This document shows positions 10,112 to 16,875 of a stretch of 64,000 nucleotides of DNA, in pieces. The notes below the pieces were generated by a model, which did not search any database, had not been told where the DNA came from, and saw only the letters and a program-made list of their open reading frames with translations. The translations under genes and the position numbers were made by a program. The first letter of the stretch is position 1. Every line of letters starts with the position of its first letter. The stretch lies in IMG/VR virus record IMGVR_UViG_3300032242_000723, positions 248,001 to 312,000 of that record; one strand, written 5' to 3'.

Positions 10112-10360
10112 ATGGACAAACAAACGGAGATTGATAACATGAACTGTATCAACTGTAACAAGCCCGATGACGGCACCCTCACTAAGCCCTACGAAAAGGG
10201 TATCGATGTTGAGTCATATTTGGCAAGTCAAGGCCTAAACTTTTTTGTCTGCGAACAATGTTTAGATCACAACGAGTCTCAGCTTAAGCAGCTAGGATTT
10301 ACCGAAGAGTTGGAATTCTCGCAATATATGCGAGATAAATCAGCCAAGAGCTGGCGTTAG
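10112..10360 (+). CDS. Small protein with CxxC...CxxC putative Zn finger
   Basis: CINC and CEQC motifs. Confidence 0.6.
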   Translation: MDKQTEIDNMNCINCNKPDDGTLTKPYEKGIDVESYLASQGLNFFVCEQCLDHNESQLKQLGFTEELEFSQYMRDKSAKSWR

Positions 10361-10365
10361 GATAC

Positions 10366-10557
10366 GTGATGCAACGGTACGAGGCAGAACGGCTTCTAGA
10401 GTCTCTTGAGGGAATCATATACAATCGCATTGCGATATCGGAACATCCAAATGATCGGCCCCGCAATGACAGGCATCAAGCCGAGATGGAACTAGAACGA
10501 GAAGTTGCAATTAGTATCCTTGAATCTATTCCAAATGGTGAGCCGTGGGTAGAATAA
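10366..10557 (+). CDS. Small hypothetical early protein
   Basis: ORF packed in a small-gene cluster. Confidence 0.55.
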   Translation: MMQRYEAERLLESLEGIIYNRIAISEHPNDRPRNDRHQAEMELEREVAISILESIPNGEPWVE

Positions 10558-10730
10558 GTAACTGCCCTCGTTCTCCATGTGCTACTTCTTTCCCGTCATT
10601 AATTGATGGTAAGTGTCGTGCTTGTCGTACACGAAAGGACAAGCGGCTTTATCGCGAGCATATGGATGCCTTTCGGAAAAAGTGTGAAGAAAAAAGAGCC
10701 GCATCACGGTTTAAAACGGAGAACAAATAA
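10545..10730 (+). CDS. Small Cys-rich basic hypothetical protein
   Basis: CPRSPC...CRAC; overlaps its neighbours. Confidence 0.5.
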   Translation: MGRISNCPRSPCATSFPSLIDGKCRACRTRKDKRLYREHMDAFRKKCEEKRAASRFKTENK

Positions 10731-11053
10731 TGAGTATTGATAGCGATGAAGCAGAATATCAAAAGTATAAAGAAGAACTAAACAATCACATGTGGGATAT
10801 CAGGCAAAGAATTGATGCCTCTGAGATTGCTATGCGTAAGGTTCTGTGGGTTCTGGCTAACATCGCAGACAAGTATGATGCTAACGGTCTAGATGACGAT
10901 GCTCGCAAATATTGGGGCGTTGATAGTGTCAACACAAAAGATCCAAAAAAGATTGAACTTTACACAGGGCGCGGCGGTCAATGTCTATTGACTCTTCAAG
11001 ATTGCTTTGATGCCCGTGATGCATTAAACTATAACCCCCCAAAGGATAAATAA
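10730..11053 (+). CDS. Hypothetical protein
   Basis: Stop/start coupling with the upstream ORF. Confidence 0.65.
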   Translation: MSIDSDEAEYQKYKEELNNHMWDIRQRIDASEIAMRKVLWVLANIADKYDANGLDDDARKYWGVDSVNTKDPKKIELYTGRGGQCLLTLQDCFDARDALNYNPPKDK

Positions 11054-11054
11054 A

Positions 11055-11216
11055 ATGTTAAAAGTATTTAATATTATCGGAGCGAGCATCCTGCTTTTCG
11101 TAGGGGTTCATTATCTTTTCAGTAACGAAATGGTTGAAGGCTGGCACTATGGTATCATGACTTTAGTCGTCGCTGGACATTGGGTACTTGATAACATGCG
11201 AAATGGAAGAGACTGA
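11055..11216 (+). CDS. 53-aa two-TM membrane peptide
   Basis: Read manually: MLKVFNIIGASILLFVGVHYLFSNEMVEGWHYGIMTLVVAGHWVLDNMRNGRD, preceded by AAGGA. Confidence 0.6.
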   Translation: MLKVFNIIGASILLFVGVHYLFSNEMVEGWHYGIMTLVVAGHWVLDNMRNGRD

Positions 11217-11480
11217 GTGATGATTGATGTTCGCGATTTAAAGTGGGAAGTGCTAAAGCAAACTGAAAATGATATGCTGTGCCGCTGGAAAAAAGTGCAG
11301 GTTTCATACTATGATATGAAGTTTCATTTCAATGTTGACTGGTTCCATGATGATTATATCCCAAATCCAAAATATTTCGCTGAAGATATGCTACATGGAC
11401 AAGAGGCGGTGTTGAAAGAAATTGGATATCGGCTTGCTCATATCCAAAAACACGAAAAGAAACATCAAACCCTACAGTAG
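11217..11480 (+). CDS. Hypothetical protein
   Basis: ORF track; tight packing. Confidence 0.55.
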   Translation: MMIDVRDLKWEVLKQTENDMLCRWKKVQVSYYDMKFHFNVDWFHDDYIPNPKYFAEDMLHGQEAVLKEIGYRLAHIQKHEKKHQTLQ

Positions 11481-11491
11481 TTAACTATACG

Positions 11492-11623
11492 ATGAACGAA
11501 TATGCCAAACCTACTAGGTACGTACACGATGTACACTGCAATGCTGGTCGCGATAAACCTAAGTGGACTCCAGGAACTGGGTGTTCATGTTATCGTCTTA
11601 TGGACACTAGCCTAAAGAAATAA
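11492..11623 (+). CDS. 43-aa Cys/His peptide
   Basis: Read manually: MNEYAKPTRYVHDVHCNAGRDKPKWTPGTGCSCYRLMDTSLKK. Confidence 0.45.
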   Translation: MNEYAKPTRYVHDVHCNAGRDKPKWTPGTGCSCYRLMDTSLKK

Positions 11624-11635
11624 TCAAGGAAGAAC

Positions 11636-11664
11636 TTGACAAGCTATCCGAAAGTTAGTATATA
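11636..11664 (+). promoter_or_regulatory. Sigma70-type promoter
   Basis: TTGACA-17 bp-TATATA. Confidence 0.65.
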
Positions 11665-11698
11665 TACTATAGAGTGTAATCACAGAAAAGGAACTACC

Positions 11699-12196
11699 AT
11701 GAAGAACAAGCTAATCGCAGGCATCGCAATGTCTGCTGTACTAATCGGAGCCCTAACAGCAACTCCCGCACAATCTCGTGATAGGAATAGTTGGATCGCG
11801 CCTCTAGTTGGTGGCATGATCATCGGCAGCATTATGAACGATTCGGCAAGGTATCAAGAACAACAACGACAATACCAAGCTCAGCAACGATATCAGGCAC
11901 AACGGCAATATCAAGAACAACGGTATCAACGATATCAAGAACCACAACGTCCTTATGATTTGCCACTAACTAGGGTAAAGCCGAATCAAATTGATGCTCC
12001 TCTTTTCCCACCTTCTGACGGTCAATCTACTTATGGATCATCGACTGAAACTTATCTTCCTGTTACAATTTGCAGCAGAGAATGGAATGCTGACAAAACT
12101 CATGTAATGGAGCGTTGTTCAAAGCAGTATATGAACCAACGATATATTACATGTGACGGTAGCGACGATGAAAGCGGCATTTGTTGGCAACAATAA
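11699..12196 (+). CDS. Exported protein with signal peptide, Gly-zipper-like segment and Gln/Tyr/Arg-rich repeat
   Basis: Start corrected to ATG 11699 after AAGGAA. MKNKLIAGIAMSAVLIGALTATPAQS signal; WIAPLVGGMIIGSIM; QQRYQAQ repeats; four C-terminal Cys. Confidence 0.7.
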   Translation: MKNKLIAGIAMSAVLIGALTATPAQSRDRNSWIAPLVGGMIIGSIMNDSARYQEQQRQYQAQQRYQAQRQYQEQRYQRYQEPQRPYDLPLTRVKPNQIDAPLFPPSDGQSTYGSSTETYLPVTICSREWNADKTHVMERCSKQYMNQRYITCDGSDDESGICWQQ

Positions 12197-12198
12197 GA

Positions 12199-12229
12199 TT
12201 GACATGCACTGACAGACAGTGTATAAATA
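12199..12229 (+). promoter_or_regulatory. Dual promoter of tmRNA (sigma70 plus T4-type late TATAAATA)
   Basis: TTGACA 12199-12204, 17-bp spacer, TATAAATA 12222-12229. Confidence 0.75.
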
Positions 12230-12231
12230 AG

Positions 12232-12596
12232 ATTGAAACTGTTGATACAGGATCAAAGTTGGCGTAGACGCGGGTGCGAATCCCGCCGCCTCCACCATAG
12301 ATACACTAAAGGTGAGAACGGCTACCTCACGCACCAGAAATGGTATAGTAACGATAAAACGTGAAGAGATCCAGGATTGCATCTGGTTAGTGTGTCTATG
12401 ATGGGGGCGACTAGAATCGATACGCAATGGCGACGACGAGTAGGTTTCCGGTAAGTTACGACCGACAATTTGTACAAAAAACGTAAATGCTAACTTTATT
12501 GCTAGCAATGACAACGAGTTTGTAGCTATGGAAATGGCTGCTTAATCTGAGTTATTTGGAGCTTCGGGGATGTGCTCTATAACCTAAACATCCTCA
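12232..12596 (+). ncRNA. ssrA: Circularly permuted (two-piece) tmRNA
   Basis: T-arm GCGGG-UGCGAAU-CCCGC plus CGCCUCC-A-CCA ending at 12297 lies upstream of the 5' end GGGGGCG (12403), giving a 7-bp acceptor stem with G3-U70. Tag ORF 12489-12545 encodes ANFIASNDNEFVAMEMAA* after GUAAAU. The outer ends are approximate. Confidence 0.92.
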
Positions 12597-13367
12597 CTTA
12601 TCTGGGTACACCCAATATTTTGTACCATCTTTCCTAGATATCAGTTTTCTTCCTGTTACTGTTTGAGATTGTTTATCACGCCCTTTTCTGCCGTTAACAG
12701 CAGCGTTAGGGTTAGATAATCCTTTATTCCAGGCCGCTTTCCCTTTTTTAAATCCCGGAACCGCTGTTCCTTTTATCCAGGCAATCTTACCAGAACATAC
12801 CTTTGAACAAGTTTTTTGTTTTTGTGTATAGGTAGTAAAATCTTCGCAACACGCTGGGCATTGTTTAGTATGCAAGAGTTTGATTTTTTTTGTATTTCCT
12901 ACTTTCTTGGTAGTATTGTTTCGTTTCTTTTTTGTCACAGGACAATCAAGTGGAATAAATGACAGTAGCCCACTCTGCCTTAGTTCAACTTCTACTTTAC
13001 TATATCCTTTATTCCAGGCTGGTTTAGTTCTGTTTTTGGTATGTCCCTTACAACTTCCGCCCCTGGATAGTTTCTTTTGATTATAATATCTAACTGTTTT
13101 GTTCTGTATATTAGTGGTCCAATACAGTTCAGTGTCTTTGATCATATTAAGCCAGCGTTGTTCTGCATTACGCAAATCATCTAATTCACCATTAACATAT
13201 TCTAGTACTCTAAACTTAAAGGTATCTGGTCGTTTCTTGTGTGCCCGCAACATCATTGTGTTAGAACAAATATATGCATCTTCTATTAGTCCTTGATGTC
13301 CACCGACATAATAGAACTTTGCTTTGGTATCAAACCAAAGATACACGTAGCCAGTATAAATATTCAT
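12594..13367 (-). mobile_element. Free-standing GIY-YIG (Seg-like) homing endonuclease
   Basis: GYVY-x10-YYVGGH N-terminus, FKFRVLE..E..WL, YYN; repeated AWNKG/AWIKG DNA-binding-module motifs and a CPAC...CSKVC Zn ribbon. Confidence 0.8.
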
Positions 13368-13437
13368 GCTGATAGCTCCTTAATAGCATTAGAGTAGTTG
13401 GAGATTCCCGTCTCGCGAACTATATTAGTATTTATAC
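13368..13437 (-). promoter_or_regulatory. Conserved leader element, copy 1 (late promoter + hairpin + RBS)
   Basis: Minus strand: TATAAATA, TAGTT-CGC-GAGA-6nt-TCTC-C-AACTA, CTCTAATGCT, AAGGAG, CTATCAGC, ATG. 48 of 55 nt identical to 20045-20099. Confidence 0.85.
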
Positions 13438-13460
13438 ATACCTCATTGATAAATACTCGT

Positions 13461-16400
13461 ATGAATCTCAATGAACTCCATTCTTTCAAACTTGCAGATG
13501 CTATCAAGTTTCATACGGAACTTAATCCAAAACTTTGGAAAAATGACCAGTTAGATCCATTAGTTAGAAAGCAGTTATTGATTATTGCTGAGGACTTTGT
13601 TGAGGAGTTAGGAATACCTGATTTGGATATAGTTGATGTAACTATCTCAGGTTCTAACGCCGCATTTACCTGGACTAAACATAGCGATTTAGACCTTCAT
13701 ATCCTCGTAAATATGAGCGAGTTGCACCAAGACGCAATCTACCGCGAACTATTCAGAGCAAAGAAGACATTATATAATAGTAATCACGATATCACGGTGC
13801 ACGGCATCCCAGTTGAACTTTATGTTCAAGATTCAGCCGAACCTGTTGTATCGTTAGGTGAGTACAGTATCCTACATGATAAGTGGATCAAGGTCCCTGT
13901 TCGTAGAGCGGCCAAGTTAGATCAAAATGCTGCCAAAGCAAAGTTTGACCAACTTAAAGATTTGATTAGTGTTGCACTTAAGACTAAGCATAGCAAAAAG
14001 ATCAGTAAAGCCCTAGCATTAATCAAACGTTATCGCCAAGCTGGTCTTGACAAGGGCGGCGAGTTCAGTCCTGAGAACCTTGCCTTTAAGGCTGTTAGAT
14101 CGCAAGGTGCGATTGATGCACTATATGCAATGCGTGATAAGTTACACAGTGCAGAGTTAACGATTGAAGAAGGCTACGCTGGAGCCAAGATGAAGTTCTT
14201 GAAGCCAGGTGAATTGCGTGGATCGTACACGCCTGCTAAACTTACCGCATTAGGATTCAAGAAGTCACAGAACGGCTCATGGTTCATTCTACAATCTAAG
14301 TGGGAAGAGTTGCGTAAGACTGGTCAACTATATGAGACCGATGTTGTTGCAGAAAATCTCAGAAAAGAGTTTGAAGACTTTGATCCTGAAAACTTAGCTG
14401 AAGCACTTGACTCTACACCATATCCTTATGAAGAGATTTCGTCCACTCACCATAACTATATTGCTAGTAGAAGCCAATACATATTCACTACTGAAGATAA
14501 TCTGCCTTATGTAGCTATGATATTCAAATATCCAGGCAATAGAATCCGTATTGAGTTTAAGTCCACAAAGCAAACTCGTGATTTTCTTGGGTTCGAGGTG
14601 ACAGGTACAGGTGATGCCCGTAAGGTATTCGCTACTGTGATTGACATTGTGAAGAAGTATGTAGATAAGCATCATCCTGTTGAAATATCATTCTCAGCCA
14701 AAGAACCAAGCAGAGTCCGTTTATACGATGCGTTCTTGAAAAGACTGGATAGAGAGTTACCTGATTATGAAGGCAAATCGGGTCCAGGATACGAACCAGA
14801 TAATACATATTACCATCTCACTTTAAAAAATCAAAAGATAGACGAATCACTTGACTCACAACCATATCCTTATATTTCAACTATCGGCACAACAGGTGCA
14901 CATGAATATGCGTTCACTACGGATGACGATAACGAATATGAAGCCATAATCATTAATCAAAAATTTGGGATCCATGTATCTTTTTTTCTAAAACAAAAAC
15001 AACATAAAAATGGCCTAATCATAACCCGCACAGGTATAACGGGTACCGGCGATGCTCGTAGAGTGTTCGCTACTGTTATTGATATCGTGAAGAAATTCGC
15101 AGCAGCAGAGAAGCCTGAAGCCATAGTGTTTACTGCAAGTGAACCTAGCAGGATCCGTTTGTATGACGCATTCGTTAAAAGATTAGACAGAGAATTACCT
15201 GAGTATGCTGAGACTCGTAAAGAAAAAGGCATGGCAGAATGGTTCGTACTTCTACGCAAAACTAAGAAGATAGACGAAGCAACCGACCGTGACAGTGCGA
15301 TTAAGCAGATATTGAAGTTACAGAACACACAAGGTCGTTCACCAAGTGAGATAGAGGCATCAAAAGCTATCATCGCTAAAATGATGAAACGCTATAACAT
15401 TCATTCAAAAGAGTTGCTACCAGTTGAACGTAATCCATACCAAGATCGTATCAAACAAGCACGAGCCGAGCGTGATGTAGCAGGCGATATGCTAAAGGCA
15501 GAGTGGGATAGATTCAAAGGTGGGATCAAGGATAAGGTGTCTACTATCTTTAAAGAAGACTTAGACGAAGCACTTGATTCCCAACCATATCCATACGAGA
15601 TTGAAGAAGATAGCATAGCCTGGCAGATCAGCACCTTCACGACAAGTGACCGAAACCGTTATAAGGTTTGGGTAGTGAAATACAGTAATAAAGAAGTTTC
15701 GGTTGAATTCTCCTATCAAGGTAACGATGACATTGACACGAACTCAATGGAAATTGAAAACATAGGTGATGCCCGTAAGGTATTCGCTACTGTGATTGAG
15801 ATTGTAAAGAACTACGCTAAGAAGTATAAACCTAATAAGATTTCTTTTGACGCTGATCCAACTGAACCAAGCAGGATTCGTTTTTATAGTGCTCTTGTCA
15901 AGAGAGCAGACCGAATGTTGCCGGACTACGAAGATCAATCAATTGACTTCCTAGGTGACTTCAACCTTGTTAGAAAAGGTTATCAGTTTAACGAATCAAT
16001 AGTCTATCATGTGACCCCTACTAAAAATGTAAAGTCTATTATGCGTGACGGATTACGACCTCAAGTCGGCAACCGTTCGAGTAAGATTACAGGTGAAGAT
16101 AATGGTATCTTTGTCTTCAATAGCAAAAACGATGCAGAAGATGCTATAATGAACTGGCTCGGTGATGAGTTCGGTGAAGATGCTGAGTTAACCTTATTAG
16201 CAATCGATGCTGAAGGATTAGAACAGCATATGTCTACGGGTGCAGGATACGAAACAATCATGGATGTAGGGATCGAGCCTAGTCGTATTCGAGTAACTCA
16301 GGATATTCTTGAAGCATCTGGTTACATTCCAAGCAAGAAGGAAGCGAACGATCCTCGCTTCTCAACTGCGTTAACGGTAGATGTGAAACCTGATTCAATA

Positions 16401-16481
16401 CAAAAGAACGCTAAGGCATTTGGTTCAAAAACTTCACGAGCAGGTATTCCACCTCAAGCACGGACTGACGGCAAGATTTAA
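13461..16481 (+). CDS. 1006-aa polyvalent polyprotein: nucleotidyltransferase + 3 copies of an unknown domain + DUF2786-like + ADP-ribosyltransferase-like
   Basis: Start ATG 13461, 5 nt after TAAATA. SGSNA..SDLDLH Pol-beta NTase motif; three E(A/S)LDSxPYPY...GDARKVFATVI...EPSRIRLY units; KQILKLQ..SPSEIEASKAIIAKMMKRYNI; YHVT..NVKSIMRDGL.P. Confidence 0.8.
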   Translation: MNLNELHSFKLADAIKFHTELNPKLWKNDQLDPLVRKQLLIIAEDFVEELGIPDLDIVDVTISGSNAAFTWTKHSDLDLHILVNMSELHQDAIYRELFRAKKTLYNSNHDITVHGIPVELYVQDSAEPVVSLGEYSILHDKWIKVPVRRAAKLDQNAAKAKFDQLKDLISVALKTKHSKKISKALALIKRYRQAGLDKGGEFSPENLAFKAVRSQGAIDALYAMRDKLHSAELTIEEGYAGAKMKFLKPGELRGSYTPAKLTALGFKKSQNGSWFILQSKWEELRKTGQLYETDVVAENLRKEFEDFDPENLAEALDSTPYPYEEISSTHHNYIASRSQYIFTTEDNLPYVAMIFKYPGNRIRIEFKSTKQTRDFLGFEVTGTGDARKVFATVIDIVKKYVDKHHPVEISFSAKEPSRVRLYDAFLKRLDRELPDYEGKSGPGYEPDNTYYHLTLKNQKIDESLDSQPYPYISTIGTTGAHEYAFTTDDDNEYEAIIINQKFGIHVSFFLKQKQHKNGLIITRTGITGTGDARRVFATVIDIVKKFAAAEKPEAIVFTASEPSRIRLYDAFVKRLDRELPEYAETRKEKGMAEWFVLLRKTKKIDEATDRDSAIKQILKLQNTQGRSPSEIEASKAIIAKMMKRYNIHSKELLPVERNPYQDRIKQARAERDVAGDMLKAEWDRFKGGIKDKVSTIFKEDLDEALDSQPYPYEIEEDSIAWQISTFTTSDRNRYKVWVVKYSNKEVSVEFSYQGNDDIDTNSMEIENIGDARKVFATVIEIVKNYAKKYKPNKISFDADPTEPSRIRFYSALVKRADRMLPDYEDQSIDFLGDFNLVRKGYQFNESIVYHVTPTKNVKSIMRDGLRPQVGNRSSKITGEDNGIFVFNSKNDAEDAIMNWLGDEFGEDAELTLLAIDAEGLEQHMSTGAGYETIMDVGIEPSRIRVTQDILEASGYIPSKKEANDPRFSTALTVDVKPDSIQKNAKAFGSKTSRAGIPPQARTDGKI

Positions 16482-16517
16482 GTTGACACCCGACTCATAT
16501 TCATATACAGTATGAAC

Positions 16518-16778
16518 ATGAGTGACCGATTTAATACCGCAGAAGACGCCCGCAAATATGTGGATAACTTCCGTTATACCAATATTGACATCACTTTTAC
16601 ACAAGATACAACTCGGATCCTCAATAACGTTATCAAGTTGGTTACTGAACTCAGCCAGCTTGAGGTCGAGGCACGGCAGTCACGCAAAAATCGTAAGGTT
16701 GATGAGTGTAAGATACGGCTTGATCAAGCCATTGACAGACTAGAAAAGTTGATGATTATCGCTAAACTCATGAGTTAA
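16518..16778 (+). CDS. Hypothetical helical/coiled-coil protein
   Basis: Downstream of TTGACA(16483)-17 bp-TACAGT; alternative start at 16512. Confidence 0.65.
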   Translation: MSDRFNTAEDARKYVDNFRYTNIDITFTQDTTRILNNVIKLVTELSQLEVEARQSRKNRKVDECKIRLDQAIDRLEKLMIIAKLMS

Positions 16779-16796
16779 AAGGTTTACCCAAACTCT

Positions 16797-16825
16797 TTGA
16801 CACCATCATGTATATTGATTATATT
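16797..16825 (+). promoter_or_regulatory. Sigma70-type promoter
   Basis: TTGACA-17 bp-TATATT. Confidence 0.8.
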
Positions 16826-16875
16826 CACATCATAGAGACGCAAGAGGCGATCTCGTAAACATAAGGAACTATAAA

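Noticed and set aside
12266-12297. Possible stand-alone tRNA ending in CCA
   Set aside because: No upstream D or anticodon arm; its pairing partner lies downstream, as expected for a permuted tmRNA.
12119-12514. 131-aa minus-strand ORF (MVEAAGFAPAS...)
   Set aside because: Antisense shadow of the tmRNA T-arm and acceptor region; the tmRNA explains the sequence.
13398-13460. Longer ORF-track starts (13398, 20087, 38743, 39975, 11636, 31651)
   Set aside because: These extensions run through promoters, leader elements or upstream genes; downstream ATGs fit the RBS, promoter spacing or coupling to the upstream stop better.
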